Assembly (NCBI GenBank): GCA_963809485.1
Contig: CAWEJX010000020.1
Coordinates: forward strand, 480,001-544,000
Source: an uncultured Acidobacteriota bacterium
Lineage (GTDB): Bacteria > Acidobacteriota > UBA6911
Length of the DNA: 64,000 nt
Direction of reading: 5' to 3'
Each line of letters opens with the position of its first letter. Within the stretch, counting starts at the first letter, position 1. The position numbers and the translations under genes were made by a program. This document shows, in pieces, positions 11,584 to 22,096 of the stretch. The notes under the pieces are model-generated. The model had not been told where the DNA came from. It saw only the letters and a program-made list of their open reading frames with translations, and did no database searches.

Positions 11584-11746
11584 ACGATTCCCTCTCAATT
11601 CAGGATAGCTATCTGAGGGTCGATAGTATCCCGGCGGATTGAAACCGACAACGAAACATGTCAGCTATGCCAAAGACCGTGCGCATAATACGCTGTGGCT
11701 CAAGTTCCCTTCCCCGTTCGCTCCTGTTTGTCGGTGTGGCAGCAGG

Positions 11747-12730
11747 TCAACTACTACCTCCTGGAAGGCGGTAGCTTGGGAGGATGTCGATTACAAATCG
11801 ACTGACATCATGAACTGGCACATCTTCCTGTTCGTCAATGTGGGCGGCAACCACCTCATCGGTCAGATTCCCGATACTGACTGCCAAGTATCTCCTCGCC
11901 CGGAACTGACGCCCCCAGAACATGCTCCTCAGGTTGACGAATTCTTGAAGCATTATTCTGGATCTGATTGCAAAGCGATCGGCCAGCCGCCTCTGCGGAG
12001 GCGCGGAATGAGGCCGCCGGTATGGAATGACGGAGCAGGATTCGAGCTTGTGTAATAGAAAATCTGATTTACGGATCAGTATCCGATCTGCGCGAATGGT
12101 CGAAGGGACGTAAACAATCATCATGAAAGGAGAGCCGGCGCATTATAATGGTGCGACTGCAACTCGTTCTGGAATCCCTGGAAACCGCAAGAATCCGCGC
12201 CGGAGTCATTATCTGAGTGCGGCACTCTTAATGTTGCAAACTGTGCGACATTTTTCGTTTGACATGAAAATTAGATTTGGATAAGGTAACTCTCACCTGG
12301 CATCACCTAAAAGAATCAAGGGAATTAATCACCCGCGTAATAGAGCTGGGAGGGTAATCTATGACGCCCCCAGAACATGCTCCTCAGGTTGACGAATTCT
12401 TGAAGCATTATTCTGGATCTGATTGCCTTCAGCCTTTGCGCAATCCTGCTCACATCAACATGAGGCCGGTACGCGATCAGAACGTAAATGTGGTCGCTGG
12501 CTACCTTGCCGGACAGGATTGTTATCTCGTGTTCCTGTGCTATTTGCCGGATGAGGTCGCGCGCACGAATCGCGACATCTCCCGTCGGTGTCTTCCTTCG
12601 ATATTTTGGAATCCAAACCAGATGTACCTTCAAATCGTGCTTCGTATGCGCGCCCGGTTAGTATCGTTTCATGGGACTACATCGACACGATCCTATTCTT
12701 CGCCTGCGAGACGAGGGGTTTCCATCATCC
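11747..12730 (-). mobile_element. tnpA: IS200/IS605 element with split tnpA (Y1 transposase)
   Basis: HLVWIPKYRR and DHIY(HUH) in 12362-12670; FWG and Y..VSIGN in 11747-11970; subterminal hairpins near 11750-11777 and 12697-12724. Confidence 0.8.
12257..12353 (+). promoter_or_regulatory. copy 2 of the 97-bp promoter/leader-like repeat
   Basis: TTGACA-N17-TAAGGT ... GGGAGG. Confidence 0.55.
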
Positions 12731-12943
12731 CCAGGGGGGACACTAAAGCAATCACGGTACGATAACTGTGGTGATTCAAAATCTGGGGGGGTACTCGATA
12801 GAAGAAGTTGCCATTCAGGCACGCAATTTTTATGAAGCAAGGCGAAAGTAGATGTCTTGGGCCAGCCAAAGGATTATGGGAAATCACTGGTTTTCTGAAA
12901 TCAGAAAAGATTTTTAACGATTTACTTGAGGAGAATATGTCCC

Positions 12944-15900
12944 ATGAGATCAACAATCACTGCAATTTGTTGTTTGCTCGTTGTTGCCGGAGCGGCGATT
13001 GCACAAAGCGATCGGGGCACGATTACGGGAACAGTATCCGATCCCGCGGGTGCTGTCATAGCCGGCGCCGGGATTGAATTGAAAAACATCAATACCGGTG
13101 CCGTGTATCAAGCGCAAAGCTCTTCGACAGGCAATTACACGATCGGCCAATTGCCTGCCGGCAAGTACCAAATGTCGTCCTCGGTGCCCGGATTCAAGCA
13201 GTTTATAAGAACGGGCATCACGGTTCTGGTGGCGCAAACCTTGCGCATCGACATTTCACTCGAGGTGGGCGCCATCACCGAGACTGTCACCGTCAATGCC
13301 GATGCTCCCCTATTGAGGACCGAAAGCGGCGAGTTGGCGACACAATGTCGCTGGAAGTACTCTTAATGAGCTTCCCATTCTGGGATTTTCGGGATACATT
13401 CGCGATCCCTATGCCGCGGTGCAGTTGATCCCGGGCGCGCTCTATGGCTCCGGCACCATACGCATGGTTGGGGCACCCGCGAACACGCAGGGTATTCGGG
13501 TCGAGGGCCAGGATTCAACCAACGGATTGTTTTTAAATATGACGATGTTCAACCAACCGGGTGCGGATGCGGTCGAGGAGATTGCGGTTCAGACCAGCAA
13601 CTTTGCCGCCGAATACGGGCAGGCGGGGGGCGGAATGCTCAATATGACCATGAAATCCGGCACCAATAAGCTGCACGGAAGCGCGTACGATTATTGGTAC
13701 AACGAAGCATTCAACGCCAGTTCGCCGTACGGAAGAAAGGACCGTCAGCGCCGGCACGACTACGGTTTCACGGCAGGGGGGCCCGTTTATATTCCCAAAG
13801 TGTACGACGGGCGCGACAAGACGTTTTTCTTTTTCAACTTTGAGCAGTTGCGGGAGACGAGTGTCGACAACAACACCACGTACACGGTTCCCACCCTGAA
13901 AATGCGCCAGGGAAATTTCAGCGAGGTGTTTACCGGTGCAACCGTGACTACCGCTGATGGAGTCAAGACTATCCTACAAAACCAGCTCTACAAACCCGGG
14001 ACGGAACATACCTATATCGGTCTTGACGGAAAAAGCTACCTAATGAGAGATCCGTACCCAAACAATGTGGTTACGGACCCGTTTGACAGCGTTGCCCTGG
14101 AAGTCCAAAAGCTGATTCCCGAACCTGCGGGTCCTTATAAAGACAACTTGACCGACAATTATCTTGTTCCATGGGATAAATACAACTACAGGACTATTCC
14201 AAGTGTAAAGATCGATCACAACTTCGGTACGCGCTCAAAGCTTTCAGGCTATTGGGCGGCTGTGCGCAATAGCTCAAATCAAATTGACTGCGATGCTCTT
14301 TACTTGATCAGTCCCGCTACAGCCTGCAGGGTTTCGGTTACTCGCACTCAAACGGTGCGTTTGAACTACGACTTTTCCCTGACGCCGACAAAGCTGCTGC
14401 ATCTCGGCGCCGGCTATCAGGTCGTGCGTTTTTATCAAGACCCCCGCCCAACCCTTCGATCAGCAAAAGGAACTCGGCCTGCCGCAGCCGAAGGGAGCAG
14501 ACGCCAAATACTTCCCCCACTTTACAGGGCTTTCCACGACTTACGGTGGGATGTTCGTAAACATCGTGGGCGTAGGCCCGGCCACTTTACAAAACCGGCG
14601 AATGGATAAGCCGACCGCGAATGCCAGCCTAACATGGGTCAAATCCAACCACACCTACAAATTCGGCGCGGAATTGCGCATCGAGGGGTATCCGACCCAG
14701 CTCGTGCAACCCTCCAACGGCCGATTTAGCTTTTCCAGCACGCAAACCGGAATTCCCGATTCTGCGTATGTCAAGACGCTTTCGGTGGGTTTCCCATACG
14801 CGAGTTTCCTTCTAGGACAATTTAGTAACGACTCGACCGGCGCAATGGCTACTCCGCGCGTGGGGAAGTCGTCGTGGGCTTTGTTCGCTCAGGACAGCTG
14901 GAAGGCAAGCCGCAAACTCACACTGGATTACGGATTGCGCTGGGATTACCAGGGCTATTTGAGAGAGACTTACGGCCGGATTGCGAATTTCTCCCCCACC
15001 ACTCCGAATCCCAACGTCGGCAATCTGCCGGGAGCCATGATTTTTGAAAGAAACGGTGTGAAATTCGCGGACGTTTATGCCTTCGCGTTCGGTCCGCGGT
15101 TGGGAGCCGCTTATAAAATCACTCCCAAGACGGTGTTCCGCGGAGGATTTGGCATTAGCTACGGGCAAACCGCCAGTGATAATGGGGCAATGGTAACTTC
15201 TGGCAGCGCCGCTACACCATACTCAGCTCCTTATTACGGTGCGGCATGGAGGATGCTGAACCAGGGAGCGCCGGAATCACCAACGGGAATGTACGTATGG
15301 CCCAATGTGGATCCCGGCTATTTGAATACTTCACCCACACCCGTAACAACAAGCGCGCCGCCCGCATGGGATCATAATGCGGGCCGGCCGCCGAGGCAGA
15401 TACAGTGGAGCATCAGCCTCCAGCGGGAGATTACCAGGGACCTGATGGTGGAAGCCTCATACATCGGCAACCGCGGCGCCTGGTGGGAGGGCAACGAACT
15501 CATCAACGTAAATGCGATATCGGCGGAACGGCTTGCCACCTTTGGACTCAGCCTTAACAATTCCGACGATAGAGTCCTTTTGTCCGGCAAAATGGACTTC
15601 CACGGCTGCGAAGAGCCGTATAAATCCGGTCACAAAGCTTCCATTCAGCACCCCGCCGTACACTGGATTCCCGACAGGCCAAACCGTCGCGCAATCATTG
15701 CGGCCGTTCCCGCATTTCGGACAACCATCAATTATAGATGGTCGCCGCTCGGCAGGACCTGGTTTGACGCGCTGCAAGCGAAAGTGACCAAACGGTATTC
15801 CCACGGGCTTGACTTCAGCAGTTCGTTTACCTGGCAGAAAGAGTTGGTCATGGGATCGGAAATAACGGGCACACAAACCGGAGGAACCGGCGGAGTCGTA

Positions 15901-16599
15901 AACAACGTGTTCGACCGCAGTGTCAACAAGTACATGTCGACCTATTCCCGGCCAATCGTATGGACCACCTCGCTGAACTACGTGCTGCCGAAGCTGGCAG
16001 TAAACAAGGTGCTGTCGATGGCGATTCGCGATTGGAGTATCGGCCTCGTTTTGGATTACTCCAGCGGCAGATTGATTCAGGTTCCAGCAGCTTCGTCGAC
16101 CAGCGTGACCTCCCTCTACACCTTCCAAAACACTTTCGCGAACCGGGTTGCGGGTCAGCCGTTGTTTCTGCGGACTGTGAGAAACGCTGATGGGACCAAA
16201 TCCACGATGCCCCTCGACACCCTCAATAACCGAGGCGCATTTGACCCTCTCACCGATTTCGTGTTTAATCCGGCGGCTTGGCAAGATCCGCCCGCAGGCC
16301 AGTATAGTACCGCGGCGGCATTTTACAGCGACTACCGGTACCCGCGTCATCCCTCGGAGAAGCTGAGCATAGGGCGGATCTTCCGGCTCGGGGAGGGCGC
16401 TACCCTGAGTATTCGGGCCGACTTCATTAACATACTGAACCGCATGGTATTGGGGGATCCCCTCTTGACGCGGACCCCTGCAAATGCCACCCAGAATTGG
16501 TCGAGCTCAGGCATTACATCTTCCGGCTTTGGACGCTACAACGCGACTGCCGCCAACTCGCAGCGCAATGGCTCCATAGTCGCGCGGATTCAATTTTAA
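12944..16599 (+). CDS. TonB-dependent receptor with N-terminal carboxypeptidase-regulatory-like domain; several frameshifts
   Basis: AQSDRGTITGTVSDPAGAVI, TSNFAAEYG, KSGTNKLHGS, FAQDSWK, GLRWDY, FGPRLGAAY, C-terminal RIQF; ORFs 12926-13366, 13419-14609, 14551-16599. Confidence 0.9.
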
Positions 16600-16778
16600 G
16601 GTGCGATCTAAAATGCAAGAACTGCGACATCGCCAGCGGAGCGGCGCGGCGAGAACGATTAAAATATTCTTGCGCCCCTTTTTTCGTGCGGCCATTGAGG
16701 GGGAAAGGCCAGAAAAATTAAACTCATTTGCGGCTGCCAGGTGCGCAAACATGCAACAGGATAAGTGAGGAAATTGTG

Positions 16779-16826
16779 TCTTTGTGTCTTTCGACCTTCC
16801 TGGAAAAAGGTCGAAAGACACAAAGA
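16779..16826. repeat. perfect 20-bp inverted repeat with 8-nt loop
   Basis: TCTTTGTGTCTTTCGACCTT / AAGGTCGAAAGACACAAAGA. Confidence 0.85.
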
Positions 16827-17047
16827 GAAAACTTTAACTGCAAAGATATTTTAAATAGGGAGATCTTTCGAAGCTAAAGGCTGCCCCGTGCTTTATGCAG
16901 ACGATGACCATTTTGCACTGGCGGCAGAGATACCTAATCATTGTCGAAGATTGGCAGTTATTTATCGCGATGTCTTGATTTAAAACCTCGTTGATTCGAA
17001 CTTTGTGCTCAAAAACTGATCGTAAATCGAGGCTAAAGAGCTCAGGC

Positions 17048-19057
17048 ATGAAAAGCAAAAAAAGCTTGTTTGTGATGATTTCACTTGTTTTTCTATTTCT
17101 TTTAGGCCTGGCGAGCTGTTCCACTGGCGTCAAACCTGCAAAAAACGGAAATAGCGTAAAACCGGGACAGTTTGTCGTTGGAGATCCAACGCTTATTTGC
17201 CTTGGGTTTGAATGGAGTATTGAGGGCGATGAAAACCGTAATGCCGCTGTGGCGGTCCAGTACCGCAAAAAGGGGACTGAGTCCTGGAAAGAAGGGCTGC
17301 CGCTTTTTCGCCTCCAAAATGAGGAAGCCGGCGGGAGTTCGGCTCGCACTCACGTGGTGCCCAACATGTTTGCAGGAAGCGTATTGGATTTGGAGCCTGA
17401 TACGGAGTATGAGTGCAGGTTTGAAATGTCCGATCCGGACGGCGTGGATGGAAATAAACAGGAGACGGCAACTGTGCGCACCCGTCCGGAACCCAAACCT
17501 TTCGCAGACGGACGAGTCTTTCACGCGTACCCGGCCGGATATAAAGGATCCAAAGAAAAGGAGGCCTTTACAGGGATTGCAGGGGCTTTCGGGAGAGCTG
17601 AACCCGGCGATACCATCCTCGTGCATGCCGGCGTTTATCAGATTGATCGCACTCAATACAATCTGCGGATGAGAATCGGAATGGGATCAGACGTGTTTGG
17701 AACGACCTGGTTTACCAAGAGCGGCACGCCCGACAAGCCTATTGCAATAAAGGGCGCGGGAGATGGCGAGGCCATTTTCGATGGGGGCGGCTGCTCCATC
17801 CTCTTCGATGTCAGTGGGGCAAATGATATATACTTCGAGGACCTTACTTTCCGCAATACCGATACGGCTATTTTCACGGGTGTAAGTAACCTGCGTGGCA
17901 ACAGCGGATTGACAATTAAGAGGTGCCGGTTTGAGGACGTATCCATGGCCATCTGGGGCACATACCAGGGATCAAAAAACTATTATATTGCCGATAACGT
18001 GGCCATCGGCCGCTTCAATCCGAAGGTAATGATGGGTCAGTATGGCAGTGACGTTATTCCGTATAAAAAGCTGCCCGGCTTTCCCCCGAAAATGAGCGGT
18101 CCCGGTGGCTCCTTCTATGGGATCACCATTGCAGGGCAGGGCCACGTTTTGTGTTACAACCATGTTGCGAATTTCGTAGATGGAATATCCCTTTTTCAAG
18201 GAGGCAGCGCGACAGCGACAAAAAACGGGGGGCCGCAATCCAATGTCGACTTTTACAATAACTTCATTTTTAATATGGCCGACAATTTTTTCGAAACCGA
18301 CACTGGCTCGCACAACCTGCGTGTCATGCGCAACCTTTGCCTCAACAACGGACATGGCGGCTTGAGCTCACAGCCTGTTTATGGGGGGCCGGCGTATTTT
18401 ATACGCAATATCGTTTACCATGTCCCGGATCGGGGAGCTATCAAGATGTACGCCAGGCCGTCAGGCGTGATTTTCTATCACAATACACTCTGCGGCGAAA
18501 TTTACGTCGGGCAACCCTCCGCCAATTTAAATGGCCTCGAAGGCGCTTCGAACATGCATTTCCGCAACAACCTCATGCTGGGAGAAAACCCCAATTCGAT
18601 GAGGAATTACCGTACCAAGGAATTTGGAGGTATTTACTTTATGGATACCTATACCTCCTATACGACTTCTGACTACAACGGATTCCGTCCCAATGAAGGG
18701 TATGAGGACCAATTCATGTGGCTCATACCTGCCGGCGGCGCGGTCCGCGACTATAAGAATCCCAGGGAGATGCGTTCCTTCAAAACTCTCCAGGAGCTCT
18801 GCAGTGCACTGGGACAGGAGTGCCATGGGATAATGATAGACTACGATATATTTCAGAACGTGAAGAAGGCGGATATAAAAGAATTTTCAAGGGTTTATGC
18901 GCGCGACGAATTGGATTTCCAGCTTAAGCCGAATTCCGTTGCCGTGGATGCGGGGTGCCCGCTTCCCAACATTAACGAGGGTTTTAATGGCAAGGCTCCG
19001 GATCTCGGGGCATTGGAGGTTGGGCTGCCCCTGCCGATATATGGACCTCGGCCGTAA
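17048..19057 (+). CDS. right-handed parallel beta-helix lipoprotein with N-terminal FN3-like domain
   Basis: Lipobox LASC; LEPDTEYE; PGDTILVHAGVY; SGTPDKPIAI; PbH1-like repeats; APDLGALE. Confidence 0.8.
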   Translation: MKSKKSLFVMISLVFLFLLGLASCSTGVKPAKNGNSVKPGQFVVGDPTLICLGFEWSIEGDENRNAAVAVQYRKKGTESWKEGLPLFRLQNEEAGGSSARTHVVPNMFAGSVLDLEPDTEYECRFEMSDPDGVDGNKQETATVRTRPEPKPFADGRVFHAYPAGYKGSKEKEAFTGIAGAFGRAEPGDTILVHAGVYQIDRTQYNLRMRIGMGSDVFGTTWFTKSGTPDKPIAIKGAGDGEAIFDGGGCSILFDVSGANDIYFEDLTFRNTDTAIFTGVSNLRGNSGLTIKRCRFEDVSMAIWGTYQGSKNYYIADNVAIGRFNPKVMMGQYGSDVIPYKKLPGFPPKMSGPGGSFYGITIAGQGHVLCYNHVANFVDGISLFQGGSATATKNGGPQSNVDFYNNFIFNMADNFFETDTGSHNLRVMRNLCLNNGHGGLSSQPVYGGPAYFIRNIVYHVPDRGAIKMYARPSGVIFYHNTLCGEIYVGQPSANLNGLEGASNMHFRNNLMLGENPNSMRNYRTKEFGGIYFMDTYTSYTTSDYNGFRPNEGYEDQFMWLIPAGGAVRDYKNPREMRSFKTLQELCSALGQECHGIMIDYDIFQNVKKADIKEFSRVYARDELDFQLKPNSVAVDAGCPLPNINEGFNGKAPDLGALEVGLPLPIYGPRP

Positions 19058-19075
19058 TCAACCCGAAAGGAATTG

Positions 19076-19114
19076 AGAGCTCTTGCGTCGTTTCCCAACG
19101 CAGGAGCTCTTTTT
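19076..19114 (+). terminator. rho-independent terminator
   Basis: GAGCTCTTGCGT / ACGCAGGAGCTC stem followed by a T run. Confidence 0.65.
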
Positions 19115-19197
19115 GCTCCTGATTTGATGAATTGCATACAGTTACTAATCAGTTCATAGATAAGCCGACATAGGAATGGGCAACCCGAACAAAGCCA

Positions 19198-19271
19198 GCC
19201 ACGAATTTCACAAAAAAACGTTGTTCGTGCAGGGGCCGAAGGCCAGCCCGACGCTTAGTGGAATTCGTGGC
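19198..19271. repeat. REP-like imperfect inverted repeat
   Basis: GCCACGAATTTCAC ... GTGGAATTCGTGGC. Confidence 0.55.
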
Positions 19272-19433
19272 AAGTTGTGCTTATGCCTGTCGATGGTTTA
19301 TATCCCATGAATGTCCCCTTACCAATGAACCGATTAGTATCCAAATAGTGACATCATAAAAGACAAACACGGTGCCGGCGTTGCTGGTAACATCGCGATC
19401 ACAGTGCAGGAGAGGATCCGAAAGGAGAGATTC

Positions 19434-21029
19434 ATGGGAGCCAAGAGGCAAAAAGCGCATCTTGCAAGAAGAGATTTTCTCAAAACAGCGGCCGCAGGCG
19501 CAGGAGGGGCCGCTTTGGCCGGATTTGGCGCGAGCGAAGCGGGAGCCGTGCAATTCGGCGAGGTTCGGAAATGGGACTACGAGGCGGGAATCGTCGTCCT
19601 GGGAATAGGCGGAGCGGGTCTGGCCACAGCCATAGTTGCCCGTGATCTGGGAACCGATGTCCTCATGCTCGAGAAGGCGAAGGAATCTCACGCCGGGGGC
19701 AACTCCCGAGTCTCGATGCAGGGCTTCTGGTGTCCGCCAGACTATAATCAGGCCGTGATCCATCAAAGGGCGCTCAATGACGGATTTCCGGTACCGGATG
19801 AGGTGATTGAAGCCTATCACCAATACACGACAAAGAACCCCGACTGGCTTAGAAAAATTGGCGCCCAAGTCATACAGCCCGCAAGCGGTAACGCAAGCAG
19901 GGCCTCGTACCCGGAGTTCCCCGGCGCTGAAAGCGCGGCTGTGTGCTTTCTCGACAACGGGAAAGGACAGGCGGGGTCAGGGTTCCAAAGGCTCTGGACG
20001 ATGCTCAGGGACAGCGCCGTGAAGAGGCAAGTCAAAATCATGTATGAAACACCCGGGATTGAATTGATCCAGGATTGCAAAACGAGGGAAATCCGCGGAG
20101 TGGTCGCCGACAGGCAGGGTAAAAGGATATACGTCAAGGCCAAGAAAGCTTTGGTTTTGTGTACCGGAGGATTTGAGAACAACCAGGGGATGATTCGGGA
20201 CTATCTTTCGATGCCGTGCGGATACCCATTTGGCACTCCGTATAACACGGGAGACGGCATAAGAATGGCGATGGCGGTGGGGGCCGACCTTTGGCATATG
20301 GACAGTCAAGCAGGCCCCACTCTCAGCTTCAAACCGCCGGATTTTGATTTTGCATTGGGCGGCGGAGGCGCTCCGCGTAATCGGGGATTTATCTGGGTTG
20401 CCAAGGACGGAACACGCTTCATCAACGAAAACACGCCCAGCAAACACGGCAAGATAGCTTACCATGGCACATACATTCAGCTTCCTACCCCCCTGCCGAT
20501 ACATTCGATTTTTGACGAGGCGGGGAGAAAGAGCGGGCCCCTCTTTACACTCGGCGGCAACATGGGTTGGAATACAATTATCGCGCAATACAAGTGGAGT
20601 GATGACAACAGCGTAGAACTTGCGAAGGGTTGGATCACAAAGGCAGACAGCATACGGGAACTGGCGGCTAAAATAAAAAAGGATCCGGACGCGCTGGAAA
20701 AAACCCTGGCCACCTGGAACAAATCCTGCGCGGCGGGCAACGATTCGGAGTTCGGCAGGCCCAGTGATCGAATAGCTCCAATTCAAATCCCACCCTACTA
20801 TGCCTTGGAGCTTGTTCCTACGTTCACAAACACGCAGGGCGGACCCCGACGCAACAAGAATGCTCAAATATTGGATCCATACGGCAAGCCTATCCCGAGG
20901 CTTTACTCGGCTGGAGAACTGGGTTCCCTATGGAGCTGGAACTACCAGGGCGCCGGCGACTTTGCGGAGTGTCTCGCTTTCGGGCGCATTGCGGGCGAGC
21001 ACGCTGCCGCTGAAAAGCCCTGGTCGTAG
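19434..21029 (+). CDS. Tat-exported FAD-binding oxidoreductase (fumarate reductase flavoprotein / 3-ketosteroid dehydrogenase-like)
   Basis: ARRDFLK Tat motif, GIGGAG, GGNS, LCTGGF, NTGDGI, TQGG, IPRLYSAGE, FGRIAG. Confidence 0.85.
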   Translation: MGAKRQKAHLARRDFLKTAAAGAGGAALAGFGASEAGAVQFGEVRKWDYEAGIVVLGIGGAGLATAIVARDLGTDVLMLEKAKESHAGGNSRVSMQGFWCPPDYNQAVIHQRALNDGFPVPDEVIEAYHQYTTKNPDWLRKIGAQVIQPASGNASRASYPEFPGAESAAVCFLDNGKGQAGSGFQRLWTMLRDSAVKRQVKIMYETPGIELIQDCKTREIRGVVADRQGKRIYVKAKKALVLCTGGFENNQGMIRDYLSMPCGYPFGTPYNTGDGIRMAMAVGADLWHMDSQAGPTLSFKPPDFDFALGGGGAPRNRGFIWVAKDGTRFINENTPSKHGKIAYHGTYIQLPTPLPIHSIFDEAGRKSGPLFTLGGNMGWNTIIAQYKWSDDNSVELAKGWITKADSIRELAAKIKKDPDALEKTLATWNKSCAAGNDSEFGRPSDRIAPIQIPPYYALELVPTFTNTQGGPRRNKNAQILDPYGKPIPRLYSAGELGSLWSWNYQGAGDFAECLAFGRIAGEHAAAEKPWS

Positions 21030-21420
21030 GTTCTGGAGGCAATGATTCTACTGGGGTAGCAGACTAATGCATATCCAGTTATTTCAGCAGGCCCCAAGTA
21101 ATAGTATAATAGTATCTCTGTCGGCCATAACACAATATTCTCAGACGCTCGGCTGCGAGCTTGGCTTAAATACTACAGGCGCGTGACAGGGGTTGATTGT
21201 GGCTTTGCCCTGTCGCGCACCCAAAAGAGAAAACGTTAGGAGCAAGCCCTGCCATATGCAGAATGGGATGCATAGCCCGATTCAAGAATTATGTGGCTGT
21301 CTCTGGGGTATTCGATCGCGTGTCCGATGAACCGATGGTGTACCCGACAAAGCGCGAGGATCAACGAATAAGCCGTGATCCCGCGTTTCCTAACTCCAGT
21401 CAAATGGTAAAGGGGACAAC

Positions 21421-22084
21421 ATGAAAAATGAAGAGAAGAAATCCGCGCAAGGGAGCGAAAAAGACGGATTAGGATCCATATCCCGGAGAGTATTCCTGAA
21501 GGATGCCGGGTTCGTGGTTGGCGCTCCCGGCATTGGATCTCTCGCAACGTCCGCTCTGGCCGCAACTCCAGTCGCCGCGGCGGGAGCTGTGGCTGCCACC
21601 CAGCGGGGGGGAGAATCAGACGCAACGGAGGTCGTCGAGCTTACGGTCAATGGGGGCAGATACCGGCTCAATATCGGACCGGCCTGTAGTCTGCGCTCAC
21701 TTCTGCGCGATCAGATTAGGCCTTACCTCTCCAAAGGACTGGTGCGGCGGGCAAGGCGCCTGTGGTTCCTGCACCGTCATTGTGAACGGGAGGCCCGTCC
21801 TGTCGTGCCTGACGCTGGCCAGCGAGTGCAATGGAGCCAAGATAGAGACGGCGGAAGGCATTGCCAAGGCTAAACACCCGATTGTCCAGGCTTATATAAA
21901 CAACAATGCTTTCCAGTGCGGTTACTGCACGCCGGGTTTCGTATGCACAGCCAAGGCGCTGCTGGACAGGAATGGCAAACCTACCGAAGCTGAGGCAAGA
22001 GACGCCCTTGGCGGCAATCTTTGCCGTTGCGGCACCTATCAGCGACATCCTATTGCGGTATTGGAAGCCGCAAAGAGTCTTTAG
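21421..22084 (+). CDS. (2Fe-2S) subunit of a molybdenum hydroxylase with Tat signal; +1 frameshift near 21715
   Basis: SRRVFLK; CGGQGACGSC, FQCGYCTPG, GNLCRCG. Confidence 0.85.
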
Positions 22085-22096
22085 AGGAGGAAGAAT

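Noticed and set aside
21030-21420. Moco riboswitch upstream of the Mo-hydroxylase
   Set aside because: I could not recognise the conserved motif by eye; an Rfam scan would be needed
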